From Anaerolineae bacterium (GTDB taxonomy: Bacteria; Chloroflexota; Anaerolineae; Aggregatilineales; UBA2796), in the NCBI GenBank assembly GCA_020851855.1, contig JADZBY010000435.1:1095-65094 (forward strand): a DNA stretch of 64,000 nucleotides, written 5' to 3'. A program made the position numbers and the translations under genes. Shown here one piece after another: positions 35,243-44,811 of this stretch. How positions within the stretch are numbered: position 1 is the stretch's first letter; each line of letters starts with the position of its first letter. Below the pieces are notes generated by a model. That model searched no databases, was not told the origin of the DNA, and was given only the letters and a program-made list of their open reading frames with translations.

Positions 35243-35764
35243 TCACATACCCCAGTACCGTGCTGTGGCCATCGTCAGCAGCGAGACAATCATCAGGACC
35301 AGTTCCACACGTTCCAGAGCCATGATCTCATCGTCCAACACGTGCATTTCGGCTGCCAGCGTCGCAGGCGGAGGCCCACCCGCCATGGCGATCTCCTTGC
35401 CCAACTGACCCAATCGTTGGCCACGGGGTCGGATCAGGATGAAACCGAGCAGGTAGGCCAGGATGGCGGCCACCGAGCCGATGGTGAATCCAATGCCCGT
35501 CGGCGTCTGAATCCAGGCGGTTTGCAGCCCACCAGAGCTGTTCCAGTAGAGCAGAGCGCCGGCAAGGATGGTCACGGCGCTCGAGATGTTCATGAACATC
35601 GGATAACGCCGCCGCTCGATGAACCCCTGCAGGAACTGCGGCCTGGCGGGACCCAGGCCCTTCACGGAAGGGGCAACAAAGTAGAAGTACAGGATGGCGC
35701 TGCCCACCCAGAACACACCGCCGACGACATGCAGGATACGCAGAAGGAGAATGACCGTGTTCAC
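35243..35764 (-). CDS. integral membrane protein (four predicted TM helices), function unknown
   Basis: 173 aa and hydrophobic. Its stop region overlaps the maximal ORF of the cupredoxin gene. Confidence 0.65.
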   Translation of the reverse strand: MNTVILLLRILHVVGGVFWVGSAILYFYFVAPSVKGLGPARPQFLQGFIERRRYPMFMNISSAVTILAGALLYWNSSGGLQTAWIQTPTGIGFTIGSVAAILAYLLGFILIRPRGQRLGQLGKEIAMAGGPPPATLAAEMHVLDDEIMALERVELVLMIVSLLTMATARYWGM

Positions 35765-36084
35765 GTTGAGCCTCCTCGGTTGGATGTTGCCGATAAACCC
35801 ATCGGCCGTACCGATTGCAACATTGAACCTTCGATCCGGCCCGGTGTGGGGTGATTACTCACCCAGGAACTGACCCAAAATGTGCTACAATGCCGGTACC
35901 ACTGCTGGCGGAATGCCGAATCGGATGATCGCGACCCACGTCACAGCCACGGACAACGAAGGCGTTTCCGCGAGCGCGCGCATTGGTCGTTCCATCTGAT
36001 CCGGGGCCGCCGGAGCACATGGCTTCGTGACTGTCTATCCCCGGATGTCGCGTCGACCTTGAGTCTCTTTGACAGCGGCTGCCC

Positions 36085-38667
36085 ATGATGGACGAACCGG
36101 GCTGTCCTGACTTCTTCGGTGATTGGCTCAAGCAGCGGCGCAAAGCCCTGGACCTGACCCAGGCAGAGCTGGCGCAGCGCGCGGGATGCAGCGTATTTGC
36201 CTTGCGCAAGATCGAATCGGGGGAGCGCCGACCGTCCAAACAGCTCGCCCAACTTCTGGCTGCATCGCTCGGCGTGCCGCCTGAAGACCGGGATACTTTC
36301 GTTAGGGTGGCGCGCGGTGAAGCCGCATCCGATCGGTTGCAGCGCTTTTCGGTTGTCTCAAGCGCGCCGCTCAGGCCCCTTCCCCCGTCCGTTGTTGGCC
36401 TTCATTCCGGTCTCCCGCTGATGCTCACTCCGTTCATCGGGCGCGAGCCGGAGCTGGCCGCCCTTCAGCGCTTGCTGGATGATCCGCTGTGCCGCCTCAT
36501 CACGCTGATCGGCGCCGGCGGCATCGGGAAAACACGCCTGGCCATGGAAGTTGCCTCCCGCGAGCAGGCGCACTTCTCCGATGGCGTCTTCTTCGTTCCT
36601 CTCGCGTCGCTCGGCTCGTCGGCGTACCTCGTCCCGGCCATTGCCGACGCCCTGGATTTCGCATTTCAGGGCCAGACCGAGCCGCGCATTCAGCTTCTCA
36701 ACCACCTTTGTCACAAGCGATTGTTGCTTGTACTGGACAACGCCGAACATCTGCTGGACAGTGTGAGGCTGTTCGCGGAGGTCCTGCAACATGCACCCGG
36801 CGTGAAACTCCTGGTTACGTCTCGCGAGCGGCTGAATCTGCAGAGCGAGTGGGTGTACGTGGTCCAGGGTCTGGCCGTTCCGCCCACAAATCAGGCACAA
36901 GGTGCAGGAGAATACACGGCCATTCAGTTGTTCGTACAGAGTGCACGCAGGACCGATGCGGGCTTTGAGCTGACAGAAGACGAACGCTCTGCCGTCGTCC
37001 GCATTTGCCAGCTCGTGGAGGGAATGCCGCTGGGCATCGAGCTGGCAGCCACGTGGGTCTCAGCACTGAGCTGCCGTGAGATCGCGAAGCAGATCGCGCA
37101 AGGGCTGGATTTTCTGGCAACGTCGATGCGCGACGTGCCCGCTCGGCAGCGCAGCCTGCGGGCGGTTTTTGACCATTCCTGGAGCCTGCTCAGCGCCGAT
37201 GAGCAGAGCGTTTTGAGTCGGCTGGCGGTCTTTCGGGGCGGCTTCGCCAGGGACGCGGCAGAACAGGTAGCTGGCGCTTCGCTGACCACGCTCCTGGCGC
37301 TGCAATCCAAGTCCTTGTTGCGGCGCAAAGGGCCTGACCACCTCGAGCTGCATGAGGTGGTGCGCCAGTACGCTCTGTCGCATCTCGAACGCAGCTCGGA
37401 CCACGAGGCAACGTGTCAGAAGCAGTGCCAATTCTACCTGACTCTGCTCCGTGATCAGGAGATGCGACTCCAGGGCACGGCCCAGCTTGAGACGGTGCGT
37501 AGACTCAAGGCAGAGATCGAGAACATCCATGTGGCCTGGGGTTGGGCCGTCCGGCACGGTGAGTTCTCGCTCATCGATGGGGCATTGCGGAGCCTGGGCT
37601 GGCTATGCCATATCGGTGTGTTATATCAAGAGGGGATCGATGAGATCGAGCTGGTGGTGCAGACACTGCCCCGCAGTTCAGAAGACCAGATGCACCGGAA
37701 GATACTCGGCAAGGCCCTGACTCAGCAGGGTATGTTGTACTTCCGCCAGGGCAACTTCCACCGTGCGATCCCTATGCTTGAGGAGAGCATCACGATCCTG
37801 CGCCCGCTCGGCATGGCGGCGTTGATGCCAGATCCTCTGGTCCTTTCCGGGGTCATCATGCACCTGAATGGTGACTTCGAGCGTGCACAGCGCTTGATGG
37901 AAGAAGCCTATGACAAGGCTCAGGAAGTGGGGGATCAATTCTACGCCGCGTATGCTCTGTTCAATCTTGGCTTCATTGCCGGCTTGCGGGGACAGTGCGC
38001 GGAGGGCTATGAACAGATGCTTGCCGGCCTGGAGTTGTGGCGCCAACTTGGCGATTCGAGTTCTCTTGCGATGGGGCTGAATTTCCTCGGCCTGACAGCC
38101 GTCCGCATGGGCCGTCTGGAAGAGGCGCAGGCTTTTTTGCAGGAGAGCCTGGCCGTGCTAACGCCGCTGGGGGATCGTTGGGGCCTGGGCAATGCCTATC
38201 GATTTCTCGGCCTGGCAGCGTTGAGGCAAGGCTTTGTCGACGACGCCATTTTGTTAATCCGCCGGTCCCTGGATTTGTTCGAAGGCACCATCACAGGCTG
38301 GGATGTGGCCTGTTCTCTGATCTATCTGGGCGAGGCAATCGGCGCGGCTGGACAGCTGACAGAAGCCGAGGGATTGTTGCGCCATGGTCTACGTATGGCA
38401 ATCGACATACCGGCATTGCCGCTCGTGCAGGATGCGCTTGCGGGGCTGGCGCACCTCTCTCTGGAGGCGGGCGAGGTCGCAACTGCCTGGGAAATATCCG
38501 CGATAGTAGAAGCGCATCCTGCGGTCGTGCACTGGACGAAGCAGCGCACCCGCCGCATCCGTGCTGAAGTGGAGGCCATGGTAGTTGCAGACCCGACTCA
38601 CCCATTCAAGTTGCCTGCCGAGCCATGCTCACTTGGCGCGCTGATCGAGAAGATAATCGGCTGGTGA
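36085..38667 (+). CDS. STAND-type regulator: XRE HTH, NB-ARC-like P-loop ATPase, TPR repeats
   Basis: N-terminal HTH LTQAELAQRAGCSVFALRKIESGERRPS. P-loop DPLCRLITLIGAGGIGKTRLA. LLLVLDNAEHL (Walker B). VEGMPLGIELAA. The C-terminal part is TPR-like. Confidence 0.85.
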   Translation: MMDEPGCPDFFGDWLKQRRKALDLTQAELAQRAGCSVFALRKIESGERRPSKQLAQLLAASLGVPPEDRDTFVRVARGEAASDRLQRFSVVSSAPLRPLPPSVVGLHSGLPLMLTPFIGREPELAALQRLLDDPLCRLITLIGAGGIGKTRLAMEVASREQAHFSDGVFFVPLASLGSSAYLVPAIADALDFAFQGQTEPRIQLLNHLCHKRLLLVLDNAEHLLDSVRLFAEVLQHAPGVKLLVTSRERLNLQSEWVYVVQGLAVPPTNQAQGAGEYTAIQLFVQSARRTDAGFELTEDERSAVVRICQLVEGMPLGIELAATWVSALSCREIAKQIAQGLDFLATSMRDVPARQRSLRAVFDHSWSLLSADEQSVLSRLAVFRGGFARDAAEQVAGASLTTLLALQSKSLLRRKGPDHLELHEVVRQYALSHLERSSDHEATCQKQCQFYLTLLRDQEMRLQGTAQLETVRRLKAEIENIHVAWGWAVRHGEFSLIDGALRSLGWLCHIGVLYQEGIDEIELVVQTLPRSSEDQMHRKILGKALTQQGMLYFRQGNFHRAIPMLEESITILRPLGMAALMPDPLVLSGVIMHLNGDFERAQRLMEEAYDKAQEVGDQFYAAYALFNLGFIAGLRGQCAEGYEQMLAGLELWRQLGDSSSLAMGLNFLGLTAVRMGRLEEAQAFLQESLAVLTPLGDRWGLGNAYRFLGLAALRQGFVDDAILLIRRSLDLFEGTITGWDVACSLIYLGEAIGAAGQLTEAEGLLRHGLRMAIDIPALPLVQDALAGLAHLSLEAGEVATAWEISAIVEAHPAVVHWTKQRTRRIRAEVEAMVVADPTHPFKLPAEPCSLGALIEKIIGW

Positions 38668-38825
38668 GGCCTCTGGTGGGGCCGTATCAGAGGCCGGCAA
38701 CCGAGTGGGCGCCCGCAACAGGCCTGGTCGACAGAAAGCGCGAAATCGAACAGATCGGCACGTTGCTGAGGCAGCCATCAGTGCGCTTGCAAGCCGTGTG
38801 TAGCCCGCACCTCAACTTCTGTTAG
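38625..38825 (+). pseudogene. short fragment resembling the N-terminus of another NB-ARC regulator
   Basis: ...LVDRKREIEQIGTLLRQPSVRL... mimics the FIGREPELAALQRLLDDPLCRL segment of the paralogs and then breaks off. Confidence 0.3.
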
Positions 38826-39560
38826 TCTCTTTGCCCTTGCGCGCTGCCGGTTCTCCCGGTCTCAAACGGCTGGTCTGATCCTTACCCAGATGAAGCGCTA
38901 CGGTTTCAGTCAGGAGGGAACAGTGCAGCTTCTGAACAAGCTTAGTGGGGGACTGCCTGCCCAGGCATTCGCCGCGGGCACCGAGCACGGCTAGGCGCTG
39001 GAAACGATGGAGTGGCTAGAGCCAGCGATGGAATAGTGCTACGTTTCAATGCTGACGGCGTTGTGCTGGTTACTCACATCGTCCCCGATAAGTGCCGTTC
39101 TCATCGTGCCGGTTTGACGGCACTCGCAACGTCATAGAGGTGCTCATATAGGGACCTCTTCTGGACAGAACTCGGCACGATGTCAATGTTGGTTTCCATG
39201 ACCAATCATAGTAAACAGCACAATACAGCCGTGGTCAGGACCTCAGAATCTTGGGGGCATGGGTTCACACGTCCGCTCAGCCCGAGTGAGAAACCGGTCT
39301 GCTGGACAAGGGAGAGAGAATCCGCACGGACAGGGTCAATGAGAGGTACAATGGAATCAGCGATGCGGACGATGGCAGACATCGCCGTCTGCCAGGTTAG
39401 GCGTCGGTCGCCACAAGTGGTATATGGTACCAGAGGCGGCGAAGGCGAGCTGTCTTCGAGGGAATGTACGCACCCAGTCGGCTATGTAAGAGTATGCATG
39501 ACCACAGAGGTAGCTTGCGTTATGCACCCAATTAAGTATACTGTTTTGCCTCTATGGGGT

Positions 39561-40990
39561 TACTCCTACAGCCGCACATAGGGTGAGCTAGAATGGAAGA
39601 AAGCACACCCGGTGTGGAGTAGCCAGGCATGAGAGCGGGGCAGACGGTTCGGGAATGGGAAGAGGGGCTGCGAGAGCTGCACACGCGAATCGGCAGATGC
39701 TTCAAGCGAGCGGAGCCGCGTGAGCGCGCGTATCGTTACATCCAGGGCCTGCTGAGCAACGTGCCGCGCAAGAACGGATGGCAGATGGCCGAGGCAAGTG
39801 GGGAATATGGGCCGGATGGCATGCAGCGCCTGCTGAACCGAGCGGTGTGGGATGTGGATGGGGTGCGCAACGAGGTACAGGCGTATGTAGCGGAGCACTT
39901 GGGGATGCCGACAGGCGTGCTGGTCATAGACGAGACGGGCTTTTTGAAGAAGGGCAAGCACTCGGTCGGGGTAAAACGCCAGTACAGCGGGACAGCAGGC
40001 GGAATCGAGAATTGCCAGATTGGGGTCTTCCTGGCCTATGCCAGCGAACGCGGTTACGCCCTGGTGGACAGAGCGCTGTACTTGTCGAAAGAATGGGTGG
40101 AAGACCAAACACGCCGCCAAGAAACGCATATTCCTGAAGCGGTCGGCTTCGCCACCAAACCGCAACTGGCCCGAATGCTGCTAGAACGTGCCCTGGCAGC
40201 AGGTATTCCGCATCAGTGGGTCACGGGGGATTGCATCTACGGCGATGACTGGCGGTTGCGGACCTGGCTGGAGAGGCAACGCCAATGGTATGTGGTTGGG
40301 GTGACACGCGACCATCTGCTCTACTAGGATGGCGCTCGACAGCGCTACGATGACATCGCCGCCACGTTGCCGCCCCAAGCCTGGCAACAACTGAGTTGCG
40401 GCAGTGGGAGCAAAGGGGAGCGGCTCTATGAGTGGGCGCTGGTCCCGTGGCGAAACGTGGACTATCCGGACGACGAATTGCACGCGTTCCTCGTTCGACG
40501 CCACCCGACGGACCCCACGGAGGAGGCCTATTTCCGCGTCTTTGCGCCAGCGGGCACACCTCTCCACACGCTTGTGCAGGTCGCTGGACGGCGCTGGACG
40601 ATTGAAGAATGCTTCGAGTTGGGCAAAGGGGAGGTTGGTCTGGACGACTATGAGGTGCGCCACTGGCTGGCCTGGTATCGCCATATCACCCTGGGCATGC
40701 TCGCTCTGGCCTTTCTGGCTGTGATGCGTTATGAAACCAACTCACGGCTGACAAAAAAAGGCCACACGCCAGCCAGCCAGCACTCATCGCTTTGACCGTA
40801 CCCGAGCTGCGCCGTCTGCTCCACGCGCTACTCTGGCTCGTCCGACCGGCGGTTCATCACGTGCTTGCCTGGTCTCGTTGGCGCCGTCAACACCAGTATC
40901 GCGCCCAGCATGCTCATCGCCGTCGTCAACAGCGCTTCTTCGAACAGATGGCCGGATTGCCGTAACCAGCTATGTGCGGCTGTAGGACTA
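39561..40990 (+). mobile_element. IS701-family insertion sequence (1430 bp)
   Basis: It has 21-bp terminal inverted repeats with one mismatch: TACTCCTACAGCCGCACATAG (39561-39581) versus the reverse complement of CTATGTGCGGCTGTAGGACTA (40970-40990). Confidence 0.75.
39629..40965 (+). pseudogene. IS701-family DDE transposase, disrupted (in-frame TAG plus a frame change near the 3-prime end)
   Basis: ORFs 39629..40327 and 40367..40795 share one frame and are separated by TAG at 40325-40327. The conserved C-terminus LTVPELRRLLHALLW...LAWSRWRRQHQYRAQHAHRRR continues in another frame to TAA 40963-40965. The frame change lies near the A7 run at 40753-40759. Confidence 0.75.
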
Positions 40991-41002
40991 GTGCTGCGTT
41001 CC

Positions 41003-42168
41003 TCAAATACGATAAACAAAATGACGTCGGTACTGACGAGGTGGCGGCGTGGGCCGTTGCCAGATCCAGGGTTTGGCTCGCTGATTGAGTTGTCGCGTAG
41101 CACTGCGGATAGCGTGTTCAATTTCGAAATGGTCGGCAAAGGTTTGACCGGCAAGGGCATCGCGACGCAAGAGCCGCCACCAGCCTTCCTGCAAGTTGAG
41201 CCAACACGCCCGTTTGGGAATGGGTACCTGATGCACACGCGGATGGTCGTCGAGCCAGGCGCGAACGGGCGCGCTGGTGTGGCTGGACAGATTATCCATG
41301 ATGACATACAGATCGCCTTCCGGATTGGCCTGGTCAACAGCGTTTAGCAGGTGCAGATAGCCCTGCGTATTGCGAGCGGGGGCGGTCAGCGTCAGTTCCT
41401 GTCCGTCCCTGACCCGCAGCGCACCGTACACCCACACTTTATCGTCGCCTCGACTGTATTCCAGAGGGGCCTTAAGCCGATGGCCGTCACGCGACCAGCC
41501 CGGCGCGGGTGGAAAGGTCCGTGGGCTGATTGGGCCTAACTCATCCACACACACCACGCTGCTCTTCAGCGGGGGTGGGGTGTAGAGCGTGACGACCGCC
41601 GTCCTTTTGGGACGAAGTCGGGATCCGTGCTATCTGCCCAGGAATGGGCGCGTCGCCAAGGGATGCCTTCCTTGAGAAAGATCCGACGGATCTGGCTGCG
41701 TTTGACGCGAATACCACGTTCCTGTGCTACCCGAGCCAACGCATTCAGTGTCCAGTGTGCCTCACCGTGCTCCTCCTCGACATGCAGTTCCCCATCGCTT
41801 TCACGAACCAGTTGACCAGGCGGCGCTTGCCCGATGAGGCTGACAATGGTGCTGCGCTCCTGTTCGGTCAGCCGCGCTTTTCGTCCTCGTCCAGGAGCAT
41901 CCTGTAAGCCATCGAGGCCCAGCTCATTGAAGCGGCTGACACGCTCCCGAACCGTCTGGGGATGGCAAGCCAGGTCGCGCGCGATGACCTGCGTCGTTTT
42001 GCCCTCCCAACTGGCAACCACCATTTGTGCACGTCGAATCACATCCGCAGGCCCATGGCGGCTGCCTGCCAATTTGCGTACGCCTCGTTCTTCTCCTGCG
42101 TCTGCGGCTGCCCATGCATGGATGTATTTCGGCATGTCTGCCTCATCCTCCTCACCTACGCTGCTCAT
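41003..42168 (-). CDS. IS630-family transposase (orfA HTH part 41566..42168, orfB DDE part 41003..41557, joined by a -1 frameshift)
   Basis: The orfA frame ends ...STDPDFVPKGRRSSR*. The -1 frame continues ...PKRTAVVTLYTPPPLKSSVVCVDELGPIS into the DDE domain (VIMDNLSSHTS..., CWLNLQEGWW). Confidence 0.8.
41605..41611 (-). other. canonical -1 slippery heptamer C_CCA_AAA at the orfA/orfB junction of the IS630 transposase
   Basis: The plus strand reads TTTTGGG at 41605-41611, so the minus strand reads CCCAAAA, which fits the X_XXY_YYZ pattern. Slipping there gives the fused reading ...FVPKRTAVV.... Confidence 0.5.
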
Positions 42169-42198
42169 ATCTTACCGTATTTGAGGAACGCAGCATTA

Positions 42199-42432
42199 CG
42201 GGGGCGTGAAACGGTGCAAACGCTACCCAGCGTGGAAGACACTGTTCGCGGCCTCGTCCAGCGGCTCCACAGCACCTTCCTCAGTTCTCCCCCGTGCAGA
42301 CGTTCAACCGCCGAACGCGATGATGTCATCCGAGACAAGTACACTGGCGGCCTGAGCATCCCCAAGCTAGCGAGAGAGTATCGCCTCTCGCGGGCGCGTA
42401 TTCACCAGATTCTGCACCGACGACATCGATAG
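42199..42432 (+). pseudogene. 3-prime part of a small sigma-70-region-4-like HTH gene split by the IS701/IS630 pair (5-prime part at 39522-39560)
   Basis: Deleting 39561-42198 joins ATG 39522 ...MHPIKYTVLPLWG in frame to RGRETVQTLPSVEDTV...GGLSIPKLAREYRLSRARIHQILHRRHR. The restored ORF is 91 aa and aligns without gaps to residues HDITRNETLPLWGLRRHRV...IPKLAIAFDLSRARIHQILHGQRK of the recombinase. Confidence 0.6.
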
Positions 42433-42833
42433 GTAGAGTACCGAAGCCAAGAAGGCCGTCGCACATCCGTCTCGGTCGTACCGACTGACCGAACTCCTTC
42501 GTGAGAAGGCTCGCGACTCCCCACACGGCGCAGGCAGATTCAATGTTTGTCTGCGCCGATGATTCTGGCGTCAAGTGATGATTCCCGGGCAAGTTCTCCC
42601 GATCCCAACGTCAGACCTCAGGCACCCTTCTTCTGCGCAACGATCCGGTTACGCTCGCATCACACTCCGGGGGGAAATCTCCAAGCCAGCAGTGACTTCT
42701 GTCACATCTAGCCTGCACGTACTGACCTACACTGCATCAATGCCGTTTCGGAAGAGATGGTGTGGGTAAGGCTTGTCTCTCACACGACCAGGAGCCATGG
42801 CTACAGCCTGTTCGTTTTAAGGAGGTTATTCCG

Positions 42834-43232
42834 ATGGCCAAGACGTTCCAGGCAATGGCATCAGAAGCGCTTGCGCAGGTTCCGGTGATCAGCGCGGCAG
42901 AGGCAAAGCGACTCCTTGAACTAGATCCGAACACGCTCGTGATCGATGTTCGCGATGCAGAAGATGTACGGCAGACGGGGAGTATTCCAGGCGCAATGAA
43001 CATCTCGTATGGCAGCCTGACCTATAAGGCCGACAACGAGGTGCCTGAGGCCTGGCGGGAGCCACGGCTCAGCGACCGCACGCAGCCGATAATCACTACG
43101 TGCATTCTTGGCCCGCTAGGAGCACTCGCGGGGAAGCTGCTCAGCGACATGGGCTTCAGCGATGTCAGCATTCTGGAGGGTGGAGTCCAGGCTTGGGCAG
43201 ATGCGGGCTTCCCGGTCGAGGCGCCAAGATAG
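42834..43232 (+). CDS. single-domain rhodanese-like protein
   Basis: ATG 42834 follows AAGGAGG. It has a rhodanese fold pattern ...[23 protein letters not shown] ... [11 protein letters not shown] ... LEGGVQAW. The active-site loop is atypical, with no Arg after the Cys. Confidence 0.7.
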   Translation: MAKTFQAMASEALAQVPVISAAEAKRLLELDPNTLVIDVRDAEDVRQTGSIPGAMNISYGSLTYKADNEVPEAWREPRLSDRTQPIITTCILGPLGALAGKLLSDMGFSDVSILEGGVQAWADAGFPVEAPR

Positions 43233-43260
43233 GAGGCGTGCTCGGGGTCACTCTCTCCGG

Positions 43261-43295
43261 CAAACCGGACACGGATGAGTCCGGTTTGTCCTATT
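43261..43295 (+). terminator. rho-independent terminator after the rhodanese gene
   Basis: A perfect 10-bp stem, CAAACCGGAC (43261-43270) pairing with GTCCGGTTTG (43279-43288), is followed by the T-rich tail TCCTATTCT. Confidence 0.6.
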
Positions 43296-43398
43296 CTGCG
43301 CCCAGTGGATTGCGAAGCCTATCCCATCACGGTAACGCCGGATCTCCTCGCACCGCTGTGTTTACGCTGCGAAGGCGGCGAGGTTATGGAGAGCCAGG

Positions 43399-44811
43399 AT
43401 GCGTATTCTGCTCGTCAATCCGCCCAGCGGTGAGCTGACCGTCGGCCTGAAACACCTGGCGAAGGTGGAGCCGCTCGGGCTGGAGATCATCGGTGGCGCC
43501 GTGCGAGACCATCAGGTCGAGCTGCTCGACATGGAGATCGATACCGATCTCGCCGCGACACTTCGGCGCTTCCAACCCGACATCGTCGGTGCGAGCGCGC
43601 AGGTGGTTCAGACCTATCAGGCTCATCGGGTATTCAAGGCGGCCAAGGAGTTTGATCCGAGCATATTGACCGTCGTGGGCGGCCACCATGCCTCACTATG
43701 CCCTCACGAGTTCAGTTCGCCACTTATTGACGTGGTGGTTATCGGTGAGGGCGTGCCCGCCTTTCGGGAGATCGTCGCGCGCTGGGAGAAACAACGGTCC
43801 GTCGATTTCGAGGACATACCGGGACTAGGGCTGTACGGAGACGGCAACTTTCACCTGACAGCGCCGCGTCCCTTTCCAGCCACGCTGGACCACCTGCCTC
43901 ATCCTGACCGCTCCCTGACGGCCCGGTATCGCTCGCGCTACTTCTACCTATTCGAGAATTCCGTCGCTTCCATCCAGACCTCATTGGGGTGCACGTTCCC
44001 CTGCAACTTCTGCTCTTGCCAACATTTCACAGGTCGGCGTTTCATCACGCGCTCACCGGAGCGCGTCGTGGAAGACCTGAAAACCATCAAGGAGGAGTTC
44101 GTCATGTTCTGTGATGACCATACCTTCATTGATGTGAAGCGCATGGAGCGTCTCCATGATCTCATCGTGGAGGCAGGGATTCGGAAACGCTACTTTGCAT
44201 ACACCCGCACGGACTGTGTGGTCAAGAACCCCGACGTCTTCGCAATGTGGGCAAAAATCGGCTTGGTACTGGTGATGACGGGCCTGGAGGCCATTGACGA
44301 CTCGCGTATCGTAGAAGTCAACAAGAAGACCAGCATCGAGATCAACGAAAGGGCCATCGAGATTCTGTCCCAAAATGGCATTGCCTTAAGCGCTGGTTTT
44401 CTGGTCATGCCCGATTACACCGAAGAGGACTTCAAACGCATCGACGCCTATATCCGGCAACACCCGAACATCGCCCTGGCCGAGCTGACGCCGCTCACGC
44501 CGCTTCCCGGGACCGGTTTTCACCAGGAGATGAAAGCGAAAGTCACCACGCACCATCGAGAGGTGTACGACCTGGCGCATTTCGTCGTCCCAACCGTGAA
44601 ATTGTCCGAAGCGGACATGTACCGCCTCATTCAGAAGTACTACACCAGGGTAGTGTTCCGGGCGATACGGCGGCTCAAGCTGTACCGCCCACGCTACATC
44701 CTGAAGCGCCACATGCCCAGGCTTATCGTCGGTACACTGCGCAACAGCCGCCTCATCGGGCACATGCATGTCAGCACGTCCATTCCAGCGCCAATGGAGG
44801 TGCCGCGGTGA
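43399..44811 (+). CDS. B12-binding-domain radical SAM protein (class B rSAM, methyltransferase-like)
   Basis: N-terminal MRILLVNPP...LGLEIIGGA...VGASAQV...TVVGGHHAS (cobalamin-binding-like Rossmann fold), followed by SLGCTFPCNFCSC (CxxxCxxC). Confidence 0.8.
   Translation: MRILLVNPPSGELTVGLKHLAKVEPLGLEIIGGAVRDHQVELLDMEIDTDLAATLRRFQPDIVGASAQVVQTYQAHRVFKAAKEFDPSILTVVGGHHASLCPHEFSSPLIDVVVIGEGVPAFREIVARWEKQRSVDFEDIPGLGLYGDGNFHLTAPRPFPATLDHLPHPDRSLTARYRSRYFYLFENSVASIQTSLGCTFPCNFCSCQHFTGRRFITRSPERVVEDLKTIKEEFVMFCDDHTFIDVKRMERLHDLIVEAGIRKRYFAYTRTDCVVKNPDVFAMWAKIGLVLVMTGLEAIDDSRIVEVNKKTSIEINERAIEILSQNGIALSAGFLVMPDYTEEDFKRIDAYIRQHPNIALAELTPLTPLPGTGFHQEMKAKVTTHHREVYDLAHFVVPTVKLSEADMYRLIQKYYTRVVFRAIRRLKLYRPRYILKRHMPRLIVGTLRNSRLIGHMHVSTSIPAPMEVPR

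Larger units (their letters stand above)
40991..42196 (-). mobile_element. IS630-family insertion sequence (1206 bp) with TA target duplication
   Basis: It has 21-bp terminal inverted repeats. GTGCTGCGTTCCTCAAATACG (40991-41011) matches the reverse complement of CGTATTTGAGGAACGCAGCAT (42176-42196), with a mismatch at the outermost base. TA is duplicated at 40989-40990 and 42197-42198. Confidence 0.8.

Noticed and set aside
38668-38695. Hairpin GGCCTCTG-N12-CAGAGGCC right after the 36085..38667 gene as a terminator
   Set aside because: The stem is only 8 bp, the loop is 12 nt and there is no T-run. That is too weak to annotate as a terminator.
39180-39581. 133-aa plus-strand ORF upstream of IS701
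   Set aside because: Only its last 13 codons (MHPIKYTVLPLWG) are supported by homology to the recombinase extension. The rest has no motifs and lies in degenerate non-coding-looking DNA, and the ORF simply runs into the IS end.
43399-44811. Assigning the B12-radical SAM protein to a specific family (for example hopanoid C-3 methylase HpnR)
   Set aside because: Only the generic class B features (N-terminal cobalamin-type domain, CxxxCxxC) can be seen. There are no hopanoid genes nearby, and family assignment needs an HMM or phylogeny.
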